Shown here: one piece after another, positions 19,071 to 27,739 of the stretch
How the letters are laid out: every line of letters starts with the position of its first letter
Position numbering within the stretch: the stretch's first letter is position 1
NCBI GenBank assembly: GCA_030429365.1
Contig: JAUIEW010000002.1
Span: forward strand, 1-63,170
From: Phycisphaerae bacterium
Lineage (GTDB): Bacteria > Planctomycetota > Phycisphaerae > UBA1845
Direction: 5' to 3'
Length of the DNA: 63,170 nt
Program-made: the position numbers and the translations under genes
The notes under the pieces: model-generated
What the model saw: the letters and a program-made list of their open reading frames with translations, nothing else
Database searches by the model: none
What the model was told of the DNA's origin: nothing

Positions 19071-19106
19071 GTGGTACCGGCGCTCTCGCCGGTACCACTT
19101 TTTTTT
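19071..19106 (+). terminator. Rho-independent terminator (possibly bidirectional)
   Basis: gtggtaccggcg-ctct-cgccggtaccac followed by tttttttt. A 12-bp perfect stem lying between the small ORF and the stop of the minus-strand regulator at 19156. Confidence 0.8.
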
Positions 19107-19155
19107 GCGCGCACCCCAACCACCCGCTTCAAAACAAAACACGTGAAAGCCAGCA

Positions 19156-20715
19156 TTACCCCTCTTTGTCGCCGGAATCCGGTTTCTCGATTTGATACTT
19201 CTTCACGCGGTACCGCAGGTTGTCGCGACTGATGTTCAAGGCTTGGGCCGCTTTGGTCTGGTTCCAACCGTTTTCCATCAGCGCCTGCACAATCATTGCC
19301 CGCTCGTAACCGCGCAGCCCCGTCTCCATCGACGAATTGATCAACTCGCGCGTCTCACCCACGATCTCGCGCGGCACATGCATCGGCAGAATCTCCCCAC
19401 CGTCACACATTAGCACCATCCGCTCAACCACATTCTGCAACTCGCGGATGTTGCCGGGCCAACTGTGCGACGTCAGCAGTGCGGCGACCTCCGAAGATAC
19501 CGTCGGCACACCCACACCCAAATCCTTCGCCGACACTTCCACGAAATTCTGCACCAACATCGCGATGTCTTCGCGCCGTTGTCGCAGCGGCGGCAAGTGA
19601 ATCGGAAAGACATTCAAACGATAATAAAGATCTTCGCGAAACTCTCCGTCGGCGATCGCCGCTTTCAAATCGCGGTTGGTCGCAGCAATCACGCGCACGT
19701 CACACGCCACTGTCGACGTCCCACCGACGCGCACAAACTCCTTTTCCTGCAACACCCGCAAAAGCTTCACCTGCGTGGCGGCTGATATGTCGCCGATTTC
19801 ATCGAGAAATAGCGTTCCGCCGCTGGCCAACTCGAACCGCCCGAGCTTCTTCGCCACCGCACCGGTAAACGCGCCTTTCTCGTGCCCGAACAGTTCGCTC
19901 TCAAGAAGCGTTTCACTCAGCGCCGCGCAGTTGATCCCGATGAACGGCTTATCCGAACGCGGCGACAAATCATGAATATGACGCGCGGTTAATTCCTTAC
20001 CCGTACCAGTCTCGCCCAACAGCAACACCGTCGCGGTACTCTTCGCCACCCGCTCGCAAAGCAGCAACACTTCGTGCAGCGCCTCGCTCTGGCCAATGAT
20101 GCCAGCCGGTGACGCTGTAGTCGTTCGCAACCCTTCATTCTCAATCTTCAAACGCTGATGCACGCACGCATTATCCAGCGCAGATGCTGCCAGCGCCGCG
20201 AACAGACTCAGCGTCTCAAGATCCGAATCTTCAAAATCCCCGCCGGCTCGGTTGATCACCTCGACCACGCCGATCACTTCACCGCGAAAGATCATCGGCG
20301 CCGCAATCATCTCGCGGGTGACGAACGTGCTTTTTTGGTCGATGCCTTTGAAGAATTTCGGATCGGTGGCCACGTCGCGAACAATCTCAGCCAGTCCCCG
20401 ATCGATCACCCGCCCTGCGATGCCAAGCTTGGCGTCGAACTCCTGGCCAATCAGTTCCGCACCAACGGGACCAGCCGCCGCAGAGAACACCAACTTTTCG
20501 CGCCGCTTGTCGAGCGCAAGCACACTGCTCGCCTCGGCTTGCATGATCTTCGTCGCCGCCTGCGCAATCCCGTTCAAGACACTGTTGGGATCAAGGGAGG
20601 CCATGATCATCGAAAGAACATCAACCAGTTCATTCCATGAATCACCGGCGATCTTCCTAGAACCGGCTTTCATCGCATCAGATAAAGATGGGTCGGGTGT
20701 GGACATGCCAAACAC
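19156..20715 (-). CDS. sigma-54-dependent transcriptional regulator (GAF sensor, AAA+ domain, Fis-type HTH)
   Basis: Walker A GETGTGKE, the ESELFGHEKGAFTGA (GAFTGA) loop, and a C-terminal HTH WNQTKAAQALNISRDNLRYRVKKY. Confidence 0.9.
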   Translation of the reverse strand: MFGMSTPDPSLSDAMKAGSRKIAGDSWNELVDVLSMIMASLDPNSVLNGIAQAATKIMQAEASSVLALDKRREKLVFSAAAGPVGAELIGQEFDAKLGIAGRVIDRGLAEIVRDVATDPKFFKGIDQKSTFVTREMIAAPMIFRGEVIGVVEVINRAGGDFEDSDLETLSLFAALAASALDNACVHQRLKIENEGLRTTTASPAGIIGQSEALHEVLLLCERVAKSTATVLLLGETGTGKELTARHIHDLSPRSDKPFIGINCAALSETLLESELFGHEKGAFTGAVAKKLGRFELASGGTLFLDEIGDISAATQVKLLRVLQEKEFVRVGGTSTVACDVRVIAATNRDLKAAIADGEFREDLYYRLNVFPIHLPPLRQRREDIAMLVQNFVEVSAKDLGVGVPTVSSEVAALLTSHSWPGNIRELQNVVERMVLMCDGGEILPMHVPREIVGETRELINSSMETGLRGYERAMIVQALMENGWNQTKAAQALNISRDNLRYRVKKYQIEKPDSGDKEG

Positions 20716-20874
20716 TATACCGCATCCGGGCGAATTCGTGCATTACCTCTCAAAATGAGCCCACCAATCCAGTCAGAGACGCCCCCGTCGCATCGGCTAC
20801 TTGCTATTCCCCGGCCCGTGAATACAAGAAAGCATCCCTCGTTCGATCAGCAACTCGTGGATCAAGGCCTTTTT

Positions 20875-21459
20875 ATGCAAATCAGACTGGCAACAGAATC
20901 CGACGCCGCCGCTTGCCTTCGAATCTACAAGCCGGTCGTTGAAAACACGGCGATCTCATTTGAAGAGACGGCACCTTCGGTCGAAGAAATGACCCTGCGG
21001 ATTCGCAAAACGCTCACAATGTGGCCCTGGCTCGTTTGTTACGACCCGAATCTGCAACCCGATCAGTCTATTGTCGGTTATGCCTATGCCGGAACGCACC
21101 GAACCCGTGCGGCATATCGCTGGACCGTTGAATCCGCAATCTACATCGATGAAAACCATCGCGGAAAGGGAATTGGCAACCGATTATACCGGGGTCTTTT
21201 CGGCATCCTGCGCAAACAGTGGTACCGCACCGTTGTAGCCGGCGCAACGATACCCAACCCCGCCAGCGTCAAATTGCACGAACAACTCGGATTCAAGACA
21301 ATAGGCGTGTTCAACAACATCGGCTTCAAATTCAACCAATGGCATAGCACGCAGTGGTTTGAACTCGACCTGGAAACAAATCACGCGCCACACGAACCGC
21401 GACCCCTTCCCGAACTATTGGCAAACGATGGGCTCGCCGAGATCCTAAGGCAAACCTAG
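20875..21459 (+). CDS. GNAT N-acetyltransferase (phosphinothricin acetyltransferase-like)
   Basis: I prefer the start at MQIRLATESDAAACLRIY. HRGKGIGNRLY is the acetyl-CoA binding motif. The track start at 20755 adds a 40-aa non-conserved extension. Confidence 0.75.
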   Translation: MQIRLATESDAAACLRIYKPVVENTAISFEETAPSVEEMTLRIRKTLTMWPWLVCYDPNLQPDQSIVGYAYAGTHRTRAAYRWTVESAIYIDENHRGKGIGNRLYRGLFGILRKQWYRTVVAGATIPNPASVKLHEQLGFKTIGVFNNIGFKFNQWHSTQWFELDLETNHAPHEPRPLPELLANDGLAEILRQT

Positions 21460-22056
21460 CTACGGAAGTATCTCAACCGGATCGCCCAAGCGCAGCACAT
21501 TGAATAACTCTTCCACGTCGCGGTCATCCAGTGCAATACAACCAGCCGTCCAATCGCTTCCGGCGCCGTGCCCGTGAATACCGATGCCGCCCCCCAGCGA
21601 CGTCGTCCAGATCGGGCAGCGTTTCTTCCGATGGGCGGCTAAGATACCGGAGTACTCGCCGTGGCTAATCAAGCCCGAACGCACCGCGCGGGTGGCGGCT
21701 GGCGGGTCCGGATAATCGATGCCCATGAAGCGAGAGTAAGCGCTGTCGGGGTTCTTCGTACAAATCCGAAAACGCCCGAGTGGCGTGCGCCCGTCGCCTT
21801 CGACCATTTTTTGCCCCACCGGATTGAACCCCAACCCGATGTCATACGTCCTTACAAGACTCGCACCGTCGAAAAGATGAAGCTTGCGCGCCGACTTGAG
21901 GATGACCACCTTCGGCTCATTGAGTTCAAGTCGCTCGGGGAGTTCGATCTGGATGCTAGCCGCATTACCCACAACCACGGCGGCTAAGCTGAATATCCCC
22001 AGGCAGGCGGCGAACATGTAATAGTGAATTGGATTGAAGATGCGTTTGGATTTCAT
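21460..22056 (-). CDS. L,D-transpeptidase (YkuD domain)
   Basis: The catalytic region IGIHGHGAGSDWTAGCIALDDRDVEELF has the H..C motif. I prefer the start at MKSKRIF, which gives a signal anchor. Confidence 0.82.
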   Translation of the reverse strand: MKSKRIFNPIHYYMFAACLGIFSLAAVVVGNAASIQIELPERLELNEPKVVILKSARKLHLFDGASLVRTYDIGLGFNPVGQKMVEGDGRTPLGRFRICTKNPDSAYSRFMGIDYPDPPAATRAVRSGLISHGEYSGILAAHRKKRCPIWTTSLGGGIGIHGHGAGSDWTAGCIALDDRDVEELFNVLRLGDPVEILP

Positions 22057-22278
22057 GTTGGATTGGGAAACCGGGCCATCACCCGGCAGACGGAAAGGCG
22101 CAATACTCAGTATTTGAAACAATAAAAGGACTTGAAAGAAAAACGGGTCGTCAGCACTTGCAATCCTTTGCCCTGCACGAACGAACGGCGTAGCATGTTC
22201 CGCGTCCCAAAACGATGAACCACCGGCGTTCGTGAGCCAACCAATTATTCACGTGAAAACAGAGGATAACTCGCAAGG

Positions 22279-22884
22279 GTGAACGCGCCAACCGACGAAC
22301 AACTTCTTGCGTCACACCTCTCGGGCGACCCGCAAGCGTTCCGCACACTCGTCGAGCGCCACTCGACCGAACTCTATCAATTCGTCTATCGATTCACCAA
22401 CCGAAAATCGTCAGCAGAAGATGTCGTGCAAGATACCTTCATTCAGGTTCACCTCGCCGGTCAAAGTTTTGATACCAATCGGCGTTTCAAGCCCTGGCTC
22501 TTCACCATCGCTGCCAACAAAGCACGCGACCACCTGCGCAGTCGAACCCGCAAACGCGAAGTCCCGCTCGACGCCCAGGTCGGTGGTGAAGACGATGATG
22601 GCCAGCGCTTCCTCGACCTGCTTTCCGACGAAGTCACGTCGCCCACCGCCCAGCTCGAAGAAGCCGAGCAATCGAAATTCGTTCAACAGATCGTCGAGGA
22701 GATGCCCGCCCACCTCAGCGAAATCCTGATCCTCGCGTACTTCCACCGCTTCCCGTACCGCGACATCGCCGACATGCTCGACATCCCACTCGGCACCGTA
22801 AAGAGCCGGCTCCACGCAGCCGTCGCCCAATTCGGAACGCTATACCGCCAAAGAGCCGGCCCAGAATCCGACCCAACCGACTAA
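22279..22884 (+). CDS. RNA polymerase ECF-type sigma-70 factor
   Basis: Region 2 is AEDVVQDTFIQV...KPWLFTIAANKARDHLR. Region 4 is ILAYFHRFPYRDIADMLDIPLGTVKSRLH. Confidence 0.9.
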   Translation: MNAPTDEQLLASHLSGDPQAFRTLVERHSTELYQFVYRFTNRKSSAEDVVQDTFIQVHLAGQSFDTNRRFKPWLFTIAANKARDHLRSRTRKREVPLDAQVGGEDDDGQRFLDLLSDEVTSPTAQLEEAEQSKFVQQIVEEMPAHLSEILILAYFHRFPYRDIADMLDIPLGTVKSRLHAAVAQFGTLYRQRAGPESDPTD

Positions 22885-22912
22885 AAGGAAGGTTCCGGTA
22901 ACAAACCAAAAG

Positions 22913-22943
22913 GTGCCCCGCCCTTCCAGGGTGGGGGACTGAA
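22913..22943 (+). repeat. family-A stem-loop repeat
   Basis: gtgccccgcccttccagggtgggggactgaa, 28 nt after the ECF sigma stop, in sense orientation. Confidence 0.8.
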
Positions 22944-23052
22944 ACACGCAGAGATAAACTCAGAATGGGCAGGGAGATAAAGTCACGTTGAACAAGAAAA
23001 AAGAAAAATCCCAAATCCCGAACCATCGCCCACCCTCACCCGTAGGTAAAGC

Positions 23053-24042
23053 ATGAGTCAGGGTCCACTCGATGAGAATCAAAACATGATTGAGGACAGC
23101 ATTCTTCCGTACATCCTCGGGACGCTCTCCGAATCTGAGACCGCGTCCTTCGAATCGAAGCTCGCGTCCGACAACGAGCTGGCCAACAAGGTCGACGCTG
23201 CCCGGCGGGCGATCGCACCGCTCAATGCCTGGGAAGCCCCCGCGCCGCCGACCACCCTCGTCGACAACATCCTCATCCAAGCCGCCACCACGACACCGCT
23301 TGAGTACGTCGCCGCGTCGGCATCAATGACCCCAACAAGCCAAAACGCAACCGGACACCGAAACCGTTTCCGCCTCCGCGAGCTCATCGCCATCGCCGCG
23401 TGCATCGCGCTGATGGTCAGCCTGTACATCCCAGGCATGAGTAGGATTCGTCAGCAGCAACTGCAAGCCGCCTGCGAACTTAACATGGCCGGTTTCGGCA
23501 CGGGCGTCAGCGCTTACGCCAACGAGAACAATGGCAACCTGCCGAACATCGGCGCATCGCCCAACAGCAATTGGCTAAACGATCCGAATCGCCGTCACCT
23601 CCTTCCGGCGGTTCGGCATCGTTTGGTGCTCCCAAGCCAACTGATCTGCCCTGCCGCCGACGGCAGCATCGACGAAGAAGCCACGCTCAAGAACGTCGAA
23701 GAATTCCTGAAGCGAACCGATCTGCCGTTCTGGGCCGTCCCAAACGCCAACGGGCCCGTCCCGAAGATCAACATCCGCATCAACGTGCCACTGGCAGCCG
23801 ACGCCAACCCACTGTTTCAAAAGGGAAAATTCCACCGCGGCACCGATGGCACACTGACGCCAAACTCGCACACGCACGGCGGCAAAGGACAGAACGTCCT
23901 CTTCAATGACGGGTCAATCCGCTTCATCAAGACGCCAGTCCTCGATGAAAACCACGACAACATCTGGACGGCCAACAACATCGAAGACTACCAAGGCACC
24001 GAAGCCCAACAAAGCGCAACTGACGCCTTCTTAACCCCGTAA
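23053..24042 (+). CDS. putative anti-sigma factor fused to a DUF1559 / H-X9-DG-type (pseudopilin-associated) periplasmic domain
   Basis: It lies immediately downstream of the ECF sigma gene. The N-terminal cytoplasmic helix segment (ILPYILGTLSESETASFESKLASDNELA) is followed by one TM helix (LIAIAACIALMVSLYIP). The C-terminus ends HTHGGKGQNVLFNDGSIRFIK. Confidence 0.65.
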   Translation: MSQGPLDENQNMIEDSILPYILGTLSESETASFESKLASDNELANKVDAARRAIAPLNAWEAPAPPTTLVDNILIQAATTTPLEYVAASASMTPTSQNATGHRNRFRLRELIAIAACIALMVSLYIPGMSRIRQQQLQAACELNMAGFGTGVSAYANENNGNLPNIGASPNSNWLNDPNRRHLLPAVRHRLVLPSQLICPAADGSIDEEATLKNVEEFLKRTDLPFWAVPNANGPVPKINIRINVPLAADANPLFQKGKFHRGTDGTLTPNSHTHGGKGQNVLFNDGSIRFIKTPVLDENHDNIWTANNIEDYQGTEAQQSATDAFLTP

Positions 24043-24066
24043 ACTTCAAACCAATCCAAGAAGTGG

Positions 24067-24097
24067 GTGCCCCGCCCTTCCAGGGTGGGGGACTGAA
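24067..24097 (+). repeat. family-A stem-loop repeat
   Basis: gtgccccgcccttccagggtgggggactgaa, 24 nt after the stop at 24042, in sense orientation. Confidence 0.8.
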
Positions 24098-24134
24098 GCA
24101 TTCCTAGTCCAATCGTAGAGGTTCGTCGGAGCCA

Positions 24135-24163
24135 TCATTCCCGCGAAAGCGGGAATCCAGGGG
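24135..24163. repeat. family-B palindromic repeat
   Basis: tcattcccgcgaaagcgggaatccagggg. Confidence 0.8.
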
Positions 24164-24293
24164 CAAAACGGAGTCAATCCACGTGGGCACCGGCCTCCGT
24201 GTCGCGAAAAGTGGACGAGCAAAACGCTACGCTCGGATTAAGGTCGCTATGAAGATCGACCAACAACCTACAACCCAAACGGCAGCCGCGTCG

Positions 24294-24815
24294 TCAGTTT
24301 GATTCCTCATCCAATTCATCGTCAGAATCTCGGGGCGTCGCATCGCCAACCGAAACAATAGTCAGCGAAAACATCTCGCCTTCAATTTCGTCGCCCGCAA
24401 CGACCGGCAGACCAAAATACTCCGTCTCTCCATCCAGCTCGATCGCAAAGAGATACGGGACTCCAGTCACATTGTCTTCCAGTGGATCTGGACATGTTGT
24501 GAGGTTGATCGGGAATGAAAAATGGCAAACGGTCACCGTTGGAAATGTAAGTGACACTTGGCCCATGTCATCAGTAACGCCTTCGCCTTCATATCCGCGC
24601 CCAATATATGACGCGTCATCATTCGGCAAGTCTGGGTTAGTGAACGATCCGCGAAAGTCCCGCACGAATGTCACATTCGCCCCATTTGCGTCATCGCCAC
24701 CCGCTGTTGTGATTGCGAGTTCTACGACTTGCTCGGCTTCACCGCTAATGTAACTTTCAGGAATGCAACCAACGAGTGGCAGCATCAGGATCGCTCCAAA
24801 TAGTCGGGTTTTCAT
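24294..24815 (-). CDS. hypothetical lipoprotein
   Basis: MKTRLFGAILMLPLVGC lipobox. Acidic 173-aa protein with no family recognised. Confidence 0.55.
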   Translation of the reverse strand: MKTRLFGAILMLPLVGCIPESYISGEAEQVVELAITTAGGDDANGANVTFVRDFRGSFTNPDLPNDDASYIGRGYEGEGVTDDMGQVSLTFPTVTVCHFSFPINLTTCPDPLEDNVTGVPYLFAIELDGETEYFGLPVVAGDEIEGEMFSLTIVSVGDATPRDSDDELDEESN

Positions 24816-24857
24816 AGGCGTGCCTCCGAATGTGTGCGCCGAATAGTTGCGAATCTC

Positions 24858-25658
24858 CTAATTCCGCCAGCCGGGCTCGCGCTTCTCCAAGAACGCCTTC
24901 AACCCCTCCTGCCCTTCATCCGAAGCCCGAAGCTTCGCGATATACTCCGTCATCGCCGCAAGCTTCGCATCGAAACCGTCACCCCGGGCAGTGCGAATAA
25001 TCTCCTTACACGCCGCCACCGCGCACGGGCCCGTCTCTTTGATCGCATCGGTAAGCTGACCCACCGTTTCATCCAACTCGTCAACCGTTTCCACCGTATC
25101 GGCCACAAGCCCGACGCGCTTCGCCTCAACCCCATCAAACCGCTCTGCGGTCAGCGCGTATCGCTGCACAGCCGACGCCTGCATCTTCTCTGTCAAAAAC
25201 GGCATGATGATCGCCGGGGCAATCCCCAACTTCACTTCGCTCAAACAAAACACCACGCGCTCCAGCGCGATCGACATATCGCAAGCGGCCACCAACCCGA
25301 CGCCACCGCCAAACGTCGCCCCATGCACCCGCGCGATCGTCGGCTTGGGACAACACCGAATCACATCCAGCATCGATGCCAACTGCCTCGCGTCCGCCAC
25401 GTTCTCCTCGAACGTGTAGTCCACCATCTTCTGCATCCACTTCAGGTCAGCCCCCGCGCAGAACGATTTTCCCTCGCCCGAAAGCACAATCGTCCGCACA
25501 TCGTCGCGCCGACCCAGTTCGCGAAACACGTTGGCTAGCTGCTCAATCACCTGTTCATTAAACGCATTGTGCAAGTCGGGCCGGCGAAGCTGCACATGCC
25601 CGACATGATCCGAAATGAGTTGTTCGACAAATACTTTCACGTAAACACCCGCAAGCAA
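24858..25658 (-). CDS. enoyl-CoA hydratase/isomerase family (methylglutaconyl-CoA hydratase-like)
   Basis: Crotonase fold motifs FCAGADLKWM and ARVHGATFGGGVGLVAACD. It is on the same strand as the MCCase beta gene. Confidence 0.85.
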   Translation of the reverse strand: MLAGVYVKVFVEQLISDHVGHVQLRRPDLHNAFNEQVIEQLANVFRELGRRDDVRTIVLSGEGKSFCAGADLKWMQKMVDYTFEENVADARQLASMLDVIRCCPKPTIARVHGATFGGGVGLVAACDMSIALERVVFCLSEVKLGIAPAIIMPFLTEKMQASAVQRYALTAERFDGVEAKRVGLVADTVETVDELDETVGQLTDAIKETGPCAVAACKEIIRTARGDGFDAKLAAMTEYIAKLRASDEGQEGLKAFLEKREPGWRN

Positions 25659-27728
25659 TTAGAGGTCATTGATGACCGACGCACTCGGTAGCGGAAACTC
25701 CGTGTGGACCACATCTCCAACCCGGTCTATGTTGACCTCGCCGATCTTTCCGGTGCGCCGCAAGTCGATCCACCGATGCCCTTCACCGAACAACGAATAG
25801 CGTCGTTGATGAATCACCTCGTTGAGTAGCGCTGCGTCGCTGGTCGCCCCCAGGTAATTGCCCAAGCCAGCCGCATTGCGAACGACGTTGATCGCGGCCA
25901 ACACTTCGTTGACGTCGGATCCGATCTGCGCCTCGGCGTAAATCAGGATCAACTCTTCGTTGCGAATGATCGGGAACCCGGACGTCATCGATCCGATCGT
26001 ATTGACTTGCCGTGTTCCAGATAATCCGTCGTGCGTCACCGGCACGGTCAAATCCGCCGACGCAATGTACATCCGCGTCTTGGAACTCGATCGCGTGTCG
26101 CCCACTTCTGCGTCCGCGACGAAGTCGGAATGAGCCGTATACAAATCCACGTCCGGCTCATAATACACAGGGTTCGGGGTATCGGCATCGTAGCTGAATG
26201 ATGGACCGGTCGTCATCAAGCCATTGATATTAAAGAATGAACCCGCGATGCCGGATATGGACCCGGCTTTATCCCCCTGATAAATCCGCACCCGTGCGGA
26301 TAGCGCCCGGTTGAACTGCCGAAACGTCGCCGGCGTCGCAAATGAGGTGAATCCATTGGGGAGATTGAATGCGAAACTCCCGCCACCATTCGTCAAGTTT
26401 GTCGCTCCTTCGTCCAGCAGGTCTGCGATCGTGTTCAGGCTGTCGGTGAGGTTTTCAAAGTTCGACGAAGGGTTTTGGCTGTCCAATGCCGACGGCGGCA
26501 AGATCCCATTGGTGTACTGATGATTCAGTGCCAGCAGGAGCGAATAGGCCTGCATGGTTCGCGCGTACCCAAGCACGCCGTTTTCCTGGTCAGCCGTCAG
26601 CGCCCCATCCGAATTCATCACCGCGTTGATCAAGGTCTGGCAGTGTCGCACCGCCCGATACCGCGCGACAAACGAATCCGTCACGAAATCGCTGTCTTCA
26701 TCCAGCATCGAGCCATTCTTACCGAGAAGCTCATCGGTGTATTCCGAGTCATCGCCATTGAGATTCCAATACTCTCGACCGACGATGCTGACCGTCTTGA
26801 TGTATGCCCCGAGATCATCTTTCACCTTGCTCTCGACATCTTCAGCCAGGTCACGAATCACGTCGAGCGTTGGCGCGTCGCACTGAACCGCGCTGCACGT
26901 CTCGTCCTGATTGAATTCCCCGCCCACCGCCAGACACTGATCCGCCTCGATCACTTCGCACGTCGCGTCCACAAAGCAGCAAGCCCCAAGCGGCTGCTCA
27001 CAATCCACCTCGATACAAAGCATGCCCTCATTGAGCGTCCCGCCAACACCCCCACACGCATCGGCATCGGAATCATCAACGCAAAGTCCGCTGGTCAAGC
27101 AACACGAACCCATCGCGGGCGCAGGTTGCTGGCATTCGACCGCATCGCAAGTAGCCCCCGCTTCAAATACACCATCAACCGTGTCGCACCCGTTGCTGTC
27201 GGCGTTCAGGCACGAACCATCCTCCAAACAGCATGCCCCAACTTGCGGGCCCGGTTGCGGGCAATCAACGTCGTCGCAGCTTTCGCCCTCATGAAACGTT
27301 CCGCTCTGCGCCGCGCAGTCGTCGGAATTGGAGTCTTCACACGCACCGTCAATCAAGCAGCAAGCGCCAACCGCCGGGCACGCGGTGTCGTCACACGATG
27401 CGCCATCGTTGAACGTACCATTCGCCGTGTCGCATTCGTCTGCCGTTACTTCCAAACAAGAACCGTCTTCCAGGCAGCACGCATGATCCGACGATGTTTC
27501 AGGGCACTGAAAATCGTCACAACTTTCGCCTTGATTGAATGTTCCGTTGGAGGTGCAGTCAGCCGCCACCGTCTCGATGCACGAACCATCGTCCTGACAG
27601 CACGCCCCCGTCGGTTCACTGGCCGGTGGCGTACAACCCGACCCCAACGTCATCATGAATGCGGTCAACACAACGGCTGCGAAATATCGAAACATACATT
27701 CGACTCCTTGCTCAAACACGTGGCCCAA
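25659..27728 (-). CDS. lipoprotein with six N-terminal Cys-rich repeats and a SusD/RagB-like C-terminal domain
   Basis: Lipobox MMTLGSGC, with an alternative start at 27695. The C-terminus NEVIHQRRYSLFGEGHRWIDLRRTG matches the conserved SusD/RagB C-terminal motif (..E.RRVEL.FEGHRWFDLRR). Confidence 0.7.
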   Translation of the reverse strand: MGHVFEQGVECMFRYFAAVVLTAFMMTLGSGCTPPASEPTGACCQDDGSCIETVAADCTSNGTFNQGESCDDFQCPETSSDHACCLEDGSCLEVTADECDTANGTFNDGASCDDTACPAVGACCLIDGACEDSNSDDCAAQSGTFHEGESCDDVDCPQPGPQVGACCLEDGSCLNADSNGCDTVDGVFEAGATCDAVECQQPAPAMGSCCLTSGLCVDDSDADACGGVGGTLNEGMLCIEVDCEQPLGACCFVDATCEVIEADQCLAVGGEFNQDETCSAVQCDAPTLDVIRDLAEDVESKVKDDLGAYIKTVSIVGREYWNLNGDDSEYTDELLGKNGSMLDEDSDFVTDSFVARYRAVRHCQTLINAVMNSDGALTADQENGVLGYARTMQAYSLLLALNHQYTNGILPPSALDSQNPSSNFENLTDSLNTIADLLDEGATNLTNGGGSFAFNLPNGFTSFATPATFRQFNRALSARVRIYQGDKAGSISGIAGSFFNINGLMTTGPSFSYDADTPNPVYYEPDVDLYTAHSDFVADAEVGDTRSSSKTRMYIASADLTVPVTHDGLSGTRQVNTIGSMTSGFPIIRNEELILIYAEAQIGSDVNEVLAAINVVRNAAGLGNYLGATSDAALLNEVIHQRRYSLFGEGHRWIDLRRTGKIGEVNIDRVGDVVHTEFPLPSASVINDL
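26868..27608 (-). repeat. six tandem ~40-aa Cys-rich coding repeats (G-x-CC-x3-G-x-C ... C ... G-x-F ... C-D ... C)
   Basis: Residues 41-287 of the SusD-like ORF: GACCQDDGSC.., HACCLEDGSC.., GACCLIDGAC.., GACCLEDGSC.., GSCCLTSGLC.., GACCFVDATC... Each unit has 6 Cys. Confidence 0.85.
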
Positions 27729-27739
27729 GAGCGCTGTCG

